A stretch of 46,151 bases of DNA from a virus. Its lineage: Duplodnaviria; Caudoviricetes. Position numbers and translations under genes: made by a program. Shown here one piece after another: positions 1-8,212 of this stretch. The notes below the pieces were generated by a model. It did not search any database and was not told the DNA's origin. It worked only from the letters and a program-made list of their open reading frames with translations. The stretch is taken from the IMG/VR virus record IMGVR_UViG_3300005538_000215, positions 1 through 46,151 of that record; one strand, written 5' to 3'. The stretch's first letter is position 1, and every line of letters begins with the position of its first letter.

Positions 1-84
1 ATCCCACGCGGCATCCCACGCGGCATCCCTCGCGGCATCCCACGCGGCATCCCACGCGGCATCCCTCGCGGCATCCCTCGCGGC
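1..84. repeat. 12-bp tandem repeat ATCCC(A/T)CGCGGC, 7 copies visible
   Basis: Seven consecutive units read directly; encodes AAWD/AARD on the minus strand. Confidence 0.97.
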
Positions 85-531
85 AGCCGCGTCTCTGCGT
101 ACAGCTTCCAATGTCGGCATCAGTGCCGGGCACTGCGCGAAATCGGTTATTTCCGGAAGGGCTTCGAGAAGGGCTGCCTGATCGTTCAGTTTCGCTGCGC
201 GCAGCCACGCGGGCGTGTGCACGCGTACAAGCCAGTCCGCCGCCATCGTGGCGCGGCGCTGTTCAACGGCAGGCGTCGATTTTGTACCAATCAGTTTGGG
301 GATAAGCGGCAGGAGAAGGCGGTCGCGATCCTCATCGGTCGGCAGCGCATCGTTCCAGGAGCGCATGAAGGTAGAGATGACTGGGCAGGAGCATGCCGGC
401 GAATCGGACCACGGTTCGCCCGCGACATAGGCCACCGCCTCCATCACGCAGAAGGCAACGCCCGCATCGTGCGAGCCTTCCTTCAGCGTGACGACCTCCG
501 CCAGACGTTCTGGAATAATTGAAGCCTGCAT
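1..531 (-). CDS. First gene of leftward (PL) operon; phage hypothetical protein with C-terminal DAAW/DAAR repeats; runs off the window
   Basis: Not in ORF track. Manual translation from ATG at 531: MQASIIPERLAEVVTLKEGSHDAGVAFCVMEAVAYVAGEPWSDSPACSCPVISTFMRSWND...DAARDAARDAAWDAAWD; open to base 1; lies just downstream of PL. Confidence 0.85.
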   Translation of the reverse strand, partial: MQASIIPERLAEVVTLKEGSHDAGVAFCVMEAVAYVAGEPWSDSPACSCPVISTFMRSWNDALPTDEDRDRLLLPLIPKLIGTKSTPAVEQRRATMAADWLVRVHTPAWLRAAKLNDQAALLEALPEITDFAQCPALMPTLEAVRRDAAAARDAARDAAWDAAWDAARDAAWDAAWD

Positions 532-566
532 TTCCCGCTCTCCCATCCGAAGCAGTGTGGGGGATG

Positions 567-608
567 GATATACGCATAGTGCGTAACCCTGTCAACGTAT
601 AATGCGTA
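567..608 (-). promoter_or_regulatory. PL promoter with operators OL1 (571-585) and OL2 (594-608)
   Basis: Minus strand TTGACA (595-590)-N17-TATATC (572-567). Palindrome TACGCA-tag-TGCGTA sits between the boxes; degenerate copy AACGTA-taa-TGCGTA lies 23 bp away. Confidence 0.85.
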
Positions 609-679
609 ATAATTTCACGCAGACTGCAAAATGATCGAATCAGTAGGCTTGTTGCCCAACGCTCGGGGAGGGCCGCGAG

Positions 680-1354
680 ATGAAAAAGTGTCTGGTGTTG
701 GCCGCGCTTGTAACGGCCGCTGCCGCCGCCGCGGTGGCTCAACCGTCCGAAACACCCAACGGTTGTCTACATCAGCCTTTGGCGGCGTGTGTGGTATGGC
801 TCGGGCAGAACATGACGATTACGAGCGACTTCGACGCTCAGCGCGCGCTTGCTGCGCAGCCCGAGGTCGACGTGAATGGCAAGCCATTGCCGGGCCCAAC
901 GACGGCAATGGTAATGGGCGACATCGACGGGCTAGGAATCGTCCCGTCGCTGCCAGGACATTTCATGGTGAGCATGGACTTGGCGCCGGACAAGACCGTC
1001 AAGGGCATCGAGGTCGGCTTACCGAATGATCCAGCCCACGCGCAGACGAGCGCAGAGTATGCGCGCACCGGACTCTGGCAGGCCCTCAATATGATGATCG
1101 GCACGCCCTGCGTTGATGAAGCGACTGCCTATAGATTCTTCGAAAACTCAGTAAAGCCCACAATTTCGCAGCCTAAGAAAGATACGTCACTTGATTCGAT
1201 CCACGCTAGCGAGTCGTTTTTCCGCCACTCCGCGCAGGTCCAACTCTGCGGGCACAAATTCTCCTATTCGTACCTTATCGGGACCGATACGAACGACATC
1301 TCGTTGGAGAATCCGCATGGTGTTTCGTCATTGATCGGTGTTCATTTCGAGTGA
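680..1354 (+). CDS. Exported protein in immunity region (candidate superinfection-exclusion or lysogenic-conversion moron)
   Basis: GGGGAGG RBS; signal peptide MKKCLVLAALVTAAAAAAVA; located between PL and cI, convergent with cI. Confidence 0.75.
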   Translation: MKKCLVLAALVTAAAAAAVAQPSETPNGCLHQPLAACVVWLGQNMTITSDFDAQRALAAQPEVDVNGKPLPGPTTAMVMGDIDGLGIVPSLPGHFMVSMDLAPDKTVKGIEVGLPNDPAHAQTSAEYARTGLWQALNMMIGTPCVDEATAYRFFENSVKPTISQPKKDTSLDSIHASESFFRHSAQVQLCGHKFSYSYLIGTDTNDISLENPHGVSSLIGVHFE

Positions 1355-1374
1355 TTTTCGTGGTGTTTTCTTCC

Positions 1375-2079
1375 CTAGCGTCGATGCCGCCGGTAGCTGT
1401 GATGCTCGATCATGGTGCCTATTATGCGGCCAGGATTCTTTGCGTCTAGCGTGATCGTGTGCCAAGCGTCGTTGAGCGGGCGAAGTTCAATAATCGGCCG
1501 GTTCTTAGTATCGAACCCTCTTAGCCGATATTGCTTGAATGTGGCCTCTTCTTCACGTTGCTCCTTCGCGACCACGAAATCGCCTGGATGTGGAAGCACA
1601 TCGGGGTCGATTGCGACCCTGTCGCCTTCCCGAAATCTATCCGCCATTGAGTCGCCTCGGATTTCCAAAGCAAAGGCGTGTGGGCCCATGGGCGAATCGA
1701 CGGCCATTTCACCGAAACCGCCTCCCTTCGGATATGGGTCCGCAGCGTCTGTCCATGCGCCCGCCTGAACATAGGAAATAACTGAGACAGGGCGACCGCG
1801 CACCATTGCGCGCACCTTGGGGTCCACAAGCGCCAGCAAATCGGCCTCAGTGATTGGCGGGTCGCCAAGGCCTTCCAGAACGGCAGTGAACCGCCGTGCC
1901 ATTTCTAGCTTCAGAAAATCCCCCCGGAAGTCCGATTCCGAGAAATAGCGTTGCACCGAAGATGCCCCTTGGTACCCAAGCTTCTCGGCCACGGCTGCCA
2001 TTGATAGTCCAGAACGTCTCAGCAGCCGCTGCAATTCGGTCGGCACTGAAAACGCACTTTGCGGCTTGGCTTTACGCAT
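1375..2079 (-). CDS. cI: CI-like repressor, HTH + S24 autopeptidase
   Basis: HTH LSMAAVAEKLGYQGASSVQRY; cleavage site VQAG; catalytic GDSM and EATFK motifs. ATG at 2079 chosen because the track's longer start overlaps PR and cro. Confidence 0.93.
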   Translation of the reverse strand: MRKAKPQSAFSVPTELQRLLRRSGLSMAAVAEKLGYQGASSVQRYFSESDFRGDFLKLEMARRFTAVLEGLGDPPITEADLLALVDPKVRAMVRGRPVSVISYVQAGAWTDAADPYPKGGGFGEMAVDSPMGPHAFALEIRGDSMADRFREGDRVAIDPDVLPHPGDFVVAKEQREEEATFKQYRLRGFDTKNRPIIELRPLNDAWHTITLDAKNPGRIIGTMIEHHSYRRHRR

Positions 2080-2103
2080 TGTGGAAGGTTGACGAGAAAA
2101 TTT

Positions 2104-2145
2104 TACGTCTTCCACGTTGACAATATACGCATGATGCGTAATTCT
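2104..2145 (+). promoter_or_regulatory. PR promoter with operator OR1 (2126-2140) and weaker OR2 (2104-2118)
   Basis: TTGACA 2117-2122; -10-like TAATTC 2139-2144; TACGCA-tga-TGCGTA has the same half-sites as OL1. Confidence 0.85.
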
Positions 2146-2151
2146 CGGCGC

Positions 2152-2394
2152 ATGGAGAACACCATCGACCGCGTTATCGATGCCTACGGTGGCCTGGCTG
2201 GCCTCGCGAGAGCGCTGGGGCACCGGAATTCCTCGACCGTTCAGGGGTGGCGCAACCGCGGTCGCGTGCCGATCACGAAGATTCGCGATGTCATCGCGCT
2301 CGCCAAGGCTAAGGGCCTCGAATTCACGCCGGGCGACTTTGTGCCGGAGAGCTCGCCCCCCGCCAACGATTCACAAGAGGTCCGCGCGTCATGA
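2152..2394 (+). CDS. cro: Cro-like HTH regulator
   Basis: Divergent from cI; MENTIDRVIDAYGGLAGLARALGHRNSSTVQGWRNRGRVP. ATG lies about 7 nt after the -10 box with no RBS, so probably leaderless. Confidence 0.88.
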   Translation: MENTIDRVIDAYGGLAGLARALGHRNSSTVQGWRNRGRVPITKIRDVIALAKAKGLEFTPGDFVPESSPPANDSQEVRAS

Positions 2395-2594
2395 GCTGGC
2401 TGTACCTCGCGAGTGCAATTGCGGCCGGGGGCATGCCGGCGCTGATCGTGCGCGATCTCGTCAAGCGAGCCATCGAGCGCCACGACCGCCGAGTCATTGC
2501 TCAGCGACAGGCCGAACGCGATCGGGAGGCTCAGAAAAGCGTGCGCGAATTGGTCAGGAATCAGCGCGCCGGAGGCTGCCTTGCGGACCTGTGA
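2391..2594 (+). CDS. Small hypothetical protein with N-terminal hydrophobic segment
   Basis: ATGA overlap with cro; GAGG RBS. Confidence 0.65.
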   Translation: MSWLYLASAIAAGGMPALIVRDLVKRAIERHDRRVIAQRQAERDREAQKSVRELVRNQRAGGCLADL

Positions 2595-2748
2595 GCTTCG
2601 CCTCGTGCATCTCCACGAGCACCCTCTGAAATTCGGCGACCGCCGCGAGCGCGCCCGGAGGATCGCCGTGCTCGCCGACTGCGCGCCGGCCAACGACGGC
2701 TGCGGCCAAGATGGCCGCAACGATGGATTCCACCTTTCGGTCTTCCAT
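2554..2748 (-). CDS. Small antisense-oriented hypothetical protein
   Basis: AGGAG RBS 7 nt before the ATG; occupies a gap in the plus-strand operon. Confidence 0.6.
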   Translation of the reverse strand: MEDRKVESIVAAILAAAVVGRRAVGEHGDPPGALAAVAEFQRVLVEMHEAKLTGPQGSLRRADS

Positions 2749-2858
2749 GAATTTTCTCCTTCGCTTGGTGTCTCAGAAGTTCCGAGCGTAGCGAACGCGG
2801 CGGCTGGCGTCATGTCAGCCCCGCGCCGGTTTCCCACCAACACTTCGGCGCATGAGGG

Positions 2859-2984
2859 ATGATGGACGGGCTTCTAATCTCTGCCGGGGTCCTCATGCTT
2901 GCGGTCGTTCTCGCATTGGGGATGTGCATCGCCGCCGCCCATGAAGACGAGAAGTCCCGCCTTCGCATGGAGGCGGAAGAGTGA
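2859..2984 (+). CDS. 41-aa membrane peptide
   Basis: Manual translation MMDGLLISAGVLMLAVVLALGMCIAAAHEDEKSRLRMEAEE; TGATG coupling to next gene. Confidence 0.6.
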   Translation: MMDGLLISAGVLMLAVVLALGMCIAAAHEDEKSRLRMEAEE

Positions 2985-3412
2985 TGTTTCTCGACGCTCC
3001 CGATCGCGCGCCAGGCATGCTCCGCTTGCGAGACGTGCCGCCCACCTCGAAGCAGGCTGTACGCATTCGCGCGCAGGCCGCGATGCGGCGCACCGAGAAA
3101 CACCGGCTCGCCGAATCGATGCGCGCGCTCCGCCCGAACGGCGGCACGCTCGGCCTCACCCGCAACCAGGCGCGCTGTCTCGATTTCATCCGCCGCTACA
3201 TCGGCGAACGCGGCGCATCGCCCAGCTACGACGAAATCCGCCTGGCCATGGGCTTCGCCAACAGGAGCGCCGTCTTCCGCATCGTCGGCCAGCTCGTCGA
3301 TCGCGGCTTCGTCAACCGCGCCGCAGGCATGGCGCGCTCGATCACCATAGCCGCGCCGCCGCGCTCCTGCTGCCCGAACTGCGGGCACGATCTCTCCGGT
3401 GCTGCGCAATGA
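2984..3412 (+). CDS. LexA-type winged-HTH DNA-binding protein without peptidase domain, C-terminal CPNCG
   Basis: LTRNQARCLDFIRRYIGERGASPSYDEIRLAMGFANRSAVFRIVGQLVDRGFV resembles the LexA N-terminal domain. Confidence 0.85.
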   Translation: MFLDAPDRAPGMLRLRDVPPTSKQAVRIRAQAAMRRTEKHRLAESMRALRPNGGTLGLTRNQARCLDFIRRYIGERGASPSYDEIRLAMGFANRSAVFRIVGQLVDRGFVNRAAGMARSITIAAPPRSCCPNCGHDLSGAAQ

Positions 3413-3900
3413 TCCCCTCCGCCAGCGCCCAAAATTATCAAACGAGTGGCGAACGCCAATCGACAAAATTCCGCACAACTGTTTCTCGCGGCCTGCGCGG
3501 AAGTGATCTGCGGAAGAATGCGAATAACTCTTCCTCGCTGTCGGCGCTGTCCACTTCCCAACTGATCAGAGAAACGCAGGCGATCGTTCTCCAATTCCCG
3601 ACGGAGCAGGTCAAAGAAGAAACCGGTCTTTGCCCGCGCGCCATCGAGAACCAGAAGAACGGCGAATCTTCGATGTCGCTCAAGGCGATGATCAACTGGT
3701 GCCGCGCCAATCCGCGCGTGCGGGCCGAATTCATGCGCCTGATGGGCTGTGATGGTGAAACCGACCCGGATTTCATCCAGGCGCTGAACCTGCTCGTACA
3801 GTCGCGAATTCGCCGCGAAGCCGAAGTCGAGCCGATCGATACCGGCGATGTCGAGCCCGCGCCCGTGGTGCGCGATCTTCTGGCGGGAGCGAAGCAATAA
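3409..3900 (+). CDS. Hypothetical protein (possible CII-like regulator)
   Basis: ATGA overlap with upstream gene; function by position only. Confidence 0.6.
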   Translation: MIPSASAQNYQTSGERQSTKFRTTVSRGLRGSDLRKNANNSSSLSALSTSQLIRETQAIVLQFPTEQVKEETGLCPRAIENQKNGESSMSLKAMINWCRANPRVRAEFMRLMGCDGETDPDFIQALNLLVQSRIRREAEVEPIDTGDVEPAPVVRDLLAGAKQ

Positions 3901-4223
3901 TGCGCCCCGCTTATCCCACTCCGCGCGAAAGGCACCTGATGGCGCATCTTGCGGCACTTAACGGCCGCGAGTTCGACCACCGGGCCTACTGCCGCGAACA
4001 GGGCATTCAGGATGTCACCGCGACGCTCACGCGCCTGATCTACGAAGACAAGATCCGTCGCGATGGCCGCAGCTATGCGGTCTTGGCACCGAAAGAAGGC
4101 GCGAAGCCGGCAGAAGTACAGGGCGCCGTTCGCGAATCCGGCATCGCCTCGCCCACGAAATTCCAGCTTATGACGGGCTTCACGCGTAAGCGACGCCGCC
4201 TCTATGAGGATGTGCGCCCATGA
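3900..4223 (+). CDS. Hypothetical protein
   Basis: TAATG and ATGA coupling on either side. Confidence 0.7.
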   Translation: MRPAYPTPRERHLMAHLAALNGREFDHRAYCREQGIQDVTATLTRLIYEDKIRRDGRSYAVLAPKEGAKPAEVQGAVRESGIASPTKFQLMTGFTRKRRRLYEDVRP

Positions 4224-4462
4224 CCTGGCGCCCCAACCTCAAGCTCCGCCCCGGCCGTCGCAAGACATTCGACGCCAAACATAACCAATTGTACGCCGAG
4301 GTAGAAGCCCAACGCGCACTTGCGAAGCAATACGAGGACGACATCAACCTTGTGCCGGAATCGCATTTCGACGGCGACCAGGTGCGCCTCGATTTCGAGA
4401 GCAAGCAGGATCGTCGTGCCGAACGTCGGCAACGCTTTGCGCAGACCGGAGCGTACGACTGA
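4220..4462 (+). CDS. Hypothetical protein
   Basis: GAGG RBS; coupled overlaps. Confidence 0.65.
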   Translation: MTWRPNLKLRPGRRKTFDAKHNQLYAEVEAQRALAKQYEDDINLVPESHFDGDQVRLDFESKQDRRAERRQRFAQTGAYD

Positions 4463-4656
4463 TGGAAAAGCAGGAACGCGCTCTGCTCCGCCGTGTCGCC
4501 AGGGCCTATGTGCGCGAGGAAGGCCGGTATGCGCGCTATGCCGAACGCGGGGCTACCGATCTTGCGACCGCAGCCCTCGCACGCATGCAGATGATCGAAT
4601 CCTGCATCGAGATCAAGGAACGCAGCCAGAGCTGGCGGGAAACGGCAGCGGGCTGA
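4462..4656 (+). CDS. Hypothetical protein
   Basis: GGAG RBS; TGATG coupling. Confidence 0.65.
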   Translation: MEKQERALLRRVARAYVREEGRYARYAERGATDLATAALARMQMIESCIEIKERSQSWRETAAG

Positions 4657-4675
4657 AACAAACGAAGGGGAAGCC

Positions 4676-5335
4676 ATGACAGAGGCTTTACGCAAGAACG
4701 TACCCGGCGAGCAGTTGCGTTCGCTTGTCGAGCGCATCGAACGGATTGACGCCGAAAAGAAGGGGCTATCCGAAGATCGCGCCGCGGTGATGGCGGAAGC
4801 CAAGGCGGCCGGCTTCAACACCGGCGGCATCACCTACTGCATCCGCGTCCGCAAGATGAAGCCGCGCGATCGGCAGGACGCGGAAACCATCCGCGACCTC
4901 TATCTCCACGCGCTCGGCATGGATCAGGAGCCGCCGCTGTTTCGGCAGATCGCTGCAATGGCGAGGGACAATGCGGCGCGCGACGAGCTGATCGATGCCT
5001 GGAAAAAGCTCGTTCCCATTGGCGGTGAGGTGATCGTCAAGTCGACGGGCAAGCCAGTGCGCATCTGGCGTGACAAGGGCGGCGAAGCGCATCACGAGGA
5101 TTATTCGCCGCCGGAACCGGGAGTATCCGGTAACGCCGGCGCGAAGCCCGCGCCGCGGGAGAAACGCGACGTTCCCGATTGTACGGCGGACGAGGCGCAA
5201 GCGCTCGGCCGGGAGGCGGCAAAACAGAACATCGCCGTCATCGACAACCCTTTCCCTTATGGCGACGCTCGCCGCGCACGATGGGATCGGGGCTGGCGCG
5301 AAGGCAGCGGCAACGACGGCATGGGCGGAGACTGA
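4676..5335 (+). CDS. GapR/DUF2312 DNA-binding domain fused to C-terminal Rmf/CrpP-like module
   Basis: EQLRSLVERIERIDAEKKGLSEDRAAVMAEAKAAGF...LYLHALGM is the DUF2312 pattern; C-terminus GREAAKQ...NPFP...RARWDRGWREG. Confidence 0.88.
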   Translation: MTEALRKNVPGEQLRSLVERIERIDAEKKGLSEDRAAVMAEAKAAGFNTGGITYCIRVRKMKPRDRQDAETIRDLYLHALGMDQEPPLFRQIAAMARDNAARDELIDAWKKLVPIGGEVIVKSTGKPVRIWRDKGGEAHHEDYSPPEPGVSGNAGAKPAPREKRDVPDCTADEAQALGREAAKQNIAVIDNPFPYGDARRARWDRGWREGSGNDGMGGD

Positions 5336-5341
5336 CGCTCT

Positions 5342-6427
5342 ATGTTTACCCTTCGCCAGCGCGTCTCCAACCTCGAAGCTTTCGGGCAGGTGTTCGAACC
5401 GCAGGAAGCGGACGAGCCCATTCTTGCCAGGGGCGTCCGCGGCGCGCTTCTCGAATGGCTGACGGAGGTGTGGGCGGAAGAAGAACTCACGGCGCTGAAC
5501 ATCAAGCCACGCAAGAAGGCGATTTTCGACGGCCCGCCCGGCGTCGGCAAAACCACGCTCGCGCATCATCTGGCTGCGCGCCTCGGACTTCGCATGTTGG
5601 CCGTACGTCCGGAGCGCGTGATTTCAAAGTACGTCGGCGAGACCGGGCAGAACATCGGCGACATGTTCGACCTGGCTGCGGACAAGGACAATCCGGTCGT
5701 TCTGTTCCTGGACGAGTTTGATTCCTATTCGCGCCAGCGCCGCCGCTCCCAGCAGGCGGCAGACGATGGCCGCAACGAGGAAGTGAACACGCTGCTGCAG
5801 CGTATCGAGCAGCATGACGGGTTCCTGATCGCAGCCACGAATTTCGGCACGCATATCGATCAGGCGATCTGGCGTCGTTTCGACATTCACATTTCGCTTG
5901 ATCTGCCCGGGCAGGCGGAGCGCGAGAAGATTTTCGCGCGCTACCTTGCGCCGCACGGCCTTCCCAAGCGTGCGCTGGCGGAGATCGCGCTGTCCTTCGA
6001 AACCGCGTCTCCGGCGCTGATCCGGCATTTCTGCGAGAACTTGAAGCGCAGTCTCGTCGTTGGGCCGAAGTTGAAACTCGACATGCGGCGCGAAGCGGTT
6101 ATCGGCCGCCTGCTTTCGATCGTACAGCCGCATCCCGATCTCGGAAAACCGCGCCTGTGGTCGAACGGCGAAGCCGATCACGCCGTCAAGCTGATGCCGT
6201 GGCCGCTGCCAAAGGCAAGCGACATCGTCGAGGCGCGCGAGGAAACGGAAGCCTCCGCCGAAGAGCTTGGCCGCAAAGCGGCGCGCGACGGCAAGAGCAT
6301 CATCGACAACCCCTTCGGCTTCGGCGATCCGCGGCGTGCGCGCTTTGACGAGGGCTGGCGCAAGGAATCCGAAACCGACGGCATGGGCGGCGGTAACGTT
6401 GTACCGCTGCACGGCGCGACGACATGA
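5342..6427 (+). CDS. AAA+ ATPase (classical clade) with C-terminal Rmf-like module
   Basis: Walker A GPPGVGKT, pore loop SKYVGE, Walker B VLFLDEFD, sensor AATN, SRH DQAIWRRFD. Confidence 0.93.
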   Translation: MFTLRQRVSNLEAFGQVFEPQEADEPILARGVRGALLEWLTEVWAEEELTALNIKPRKKAIFDGPPGVGKTTLAHHLAARLGLRMLAVRPERVISKYVGETGQNIGDMFDLAADKDNPVVLFLDEFDSYSRQRRRSQQAADDGRNEEVNTLLQRIEQHDGFLIAATNFGTHIDQAIWRRFDIHISLDLPGQAEREKIFARYLAPHGLPKRALAEIALSFETASPALIRHFCENLKRSLVVGPKLKLDMRREAVIGRLLSIVQPHPDLGKPRLWSNGEADHAVKLMPWPLPKASDIVEAREETEASAEELGRKAARDGKSIIDNPFGFGDPRRARFDEGWRKESETDGMGGGNVVPLHGATT

Positions 6428-6741
6428 GCGAATACTGGATCGTCACATCCAAGGATTACGAGCGGCACAAGAGCCTGCCCGAAGCCCTTGGCGTGCGCGA
6501 TTTCCTCCGCCGCCATTGCCCCGATACGGAATTCTTCGTGCATCGCTGCAAAGCCTCGCTGCATTCGGCGAAGCATTTTCCCAAGGTGGTCGAACTGCTG
6601 CGCGATATCGTTGCCGATGGCGGGTTGAGCGCGGCCAATCTTGATCGCGCCCGCGTGCTGCTCCTGACCGTCGATAACCGGCGCGAAATGCCGGTTGCGA
6701 AGAACGCGCCGCCGGAATTTCGGCCAAGGGCTGCCGCATGA
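6424..6741 (+). CDS. Hypothetical protein
   Basis: ATGA overlaps at both ends. Confidence 0.7.
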   Translation: MSEYWIVTSKDYERHKSLPEALGVRDFLRRHCPDTEFFVHRCKASLHSAKHFPKVVELLRDIVADGGLSAANLDRARVLLLTVDNRREMPVAKNAPPEFRPRAAA

Positions 6742-7388
6742 TCATCCGCGGCATCATACGCTTCGACACGAAGCAGGTCATGGCGGCAAAGCGCGGCGCG
6801 CTTACGCAATATCGCGCGCCCGCCCATGTGTACGACGCCGATGCACAGAAGGGACGCAGGCTTACGATCTGGGGCCGCGCCCAGATTGGCGATCTCTTCC
6901 GGGTTGTTGAGCCCGCGGTCTATTACACCGCCTTCAATTGCCGTAGCGACAATGTCTTCCCGGCCGATTTCCCCCGCGGAATGGCACACGCGCCGCAATG
7001 GATTGCCGGGCGCCGCCATCTCAAGCGCCACGGCACGAGCGGCGAAAAGCGCGCGCTTCTCGTCGTCGACAAGCGCCTCGAGCGGCTGAATTCCATCACG
7101 GCCGCCGATGCCGAAGCCTCAGGCGCGGAAATGCATGTACGTGCGGGCCGCCCCTACTATCGCATGGGAGACGACAACCGCTGCGAAGGCATAACCCCGC
7201 AGGAGGCCTTCCTTGCCTGGTGGAAGCGCCTGTACGGCGAGATCAGCCTGAAAGCGAATCCGGAAGTCGCCGTGATCGAATTCCGGCTGATCGAGGAATG
7301 CGCCGCCGATTATCTCGGCAAGGCAAACGACGGTGATCTCGGCGCGCTCACCGCCGCCGATGAAGCCATAGGGGAGCGCGCGGCATGA
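6738..7388 (+). CDS. ASCH/PUA-like domain phage protein
   Basis: GDLFRVVEP, ERLNSITAADAEASG, FLAWWKRLYG and NPEVAVIEF resemble ASCH-family motifs. Confidence 0.7.
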   Translation: MIIRGIIRFDTKQVMAAKRGALTQYRAPAHVYDADAQKGRRLTIWGRAQIGDLFRVVEPAVYYTAFNCRSDNVFPADFPRGMAHAPQWIAGRRHLKRHGTSGEKRALLVVDKRLERLNSITAADAEASGAEMHVRAGRPYYRMGDDNRCEGITPQEAFLAWWKRLYGEISLKANPEVAVIEFRLIEECAADYLGKANDGDLGALTAADEAIGERAA

Positions 7389-7576
7389 GCCGGAAAATCA
7401 CGCTCTATCGCGACGACAGCACCGTTCAGGTGATTTACGAGAACGTGAAGGCTGCCTTCTGGACGGCGGGCAACACGGTTTTCGTAATCTCGCAGTTCAC
7501 GAATAGGCGTACGGGCGCGCATCGGTACATCCATTGGCCGCGTGAGCGATTCTGCTGGTTCAAGGACGAGCCATGA
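7385..7576 (+). CDS. Hypothetical protein
   Basis: GGGGAG RBS; ATGA overlaps. Confidence 0.7.
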   Translation: MSRKITLYRDDSTVQVIYENVKAAFWTAGNTVFVISQFTNRRTGAHRYIHWPRERFCWFKDEP

Positions 7577-7776
7577 CGCGGAAACCTACAATCTCACCCG
7601 GCGCCCGCGCCGAACTGATCGAGCGCGCCGTACGCCGCTGCACCACACGATGGCTTAGGACGCTGATCGTCCGCATGGCGCGAAGCTACGGCCCCGCTGC
7701 GCTTGAGATTCTATACCAGGAAACCGTGGTGGAAATCCGCCTCACGTTCCGTGAACTCGCAAAGGCGCAGACATGA
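7573..7776 (+). CDS. Hypothetical protein
   Basis: AAGGA RBS; ATGA overlaps. Confidence 0.65.
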   Translation: MTRKPTISPGARAELIERAVRRCTTRWLRTLIVRMARSYGPAALEILYQETVVEIRLTFRELAKAQT

Positions 7777-8045
7777 GCGTCACAGAACGCGAAGCGTCTG
7801 CGAACCATCGGCGCCGCCTTGCGCGAAGCCAGCAATCGCTTTCGGCCAATCGCGCGCCGGTAACCTTACCAACCCTTCAGCGCATCTATTCCCGCGCGTG
7901 TTTCAGCAGCGAGACGAAATTGGAATTCGTGGCCCACTTTGCAGACGGCCAGACGCTCACATGGCCCATGTCCAGGGCGGCGCGGGCACTTCTGCTTTCC
8001 GATCTTGCGGAAAGCTTCATCGCCGAAGCGGGGGCGCGGCCATGA
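7773..8045 (+). CDS. Hypothetical protein
   Basis: ATGA overlaps. Confidence 0.65.
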   Translation: MSVTEREASANHRRRLARSQQSLSANRAPVTLPTLQRIYSRACFSSETKLEFVAHFADGQTLTWPMSRAARALLLSDLAESFIAEAGARP

Positions 8046-8212
8046 TCATCCGCTTCCTTTTCGACCCCCGCGTGTTCAACTGGATCATCATGAGCTTGTA
8101 CGCCTGCGCCGTGCTTCGCTGGCTGATCGCCTGGAAGCCCTATAACGCAGGCTACTGGTTTGGCGCGCTCTGCATCACCGTCTGTGTCACGTGGGGATAC
8201 CAGAAGCCGTGA
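8042..8212 (+). CDS. Small two-TM membrane protein
   Basis: MIIRFLFDPRVFNWIIMSLYACAVLRWL...YWFGALCITVCVTWG; coupled to neighbours. Confidence 0.7.
   Translation: MIIRFLFDPRVFNWIIMSLYACAVLRWLIAWKPYNAGYWFGALCITVCVTWGYQKP

Noticed and set aside
1-84. 12-bp repeats as a CRISPR array or iterons
   Set aside because: No spacers or cas genes; the units are in-frame coding repeats.
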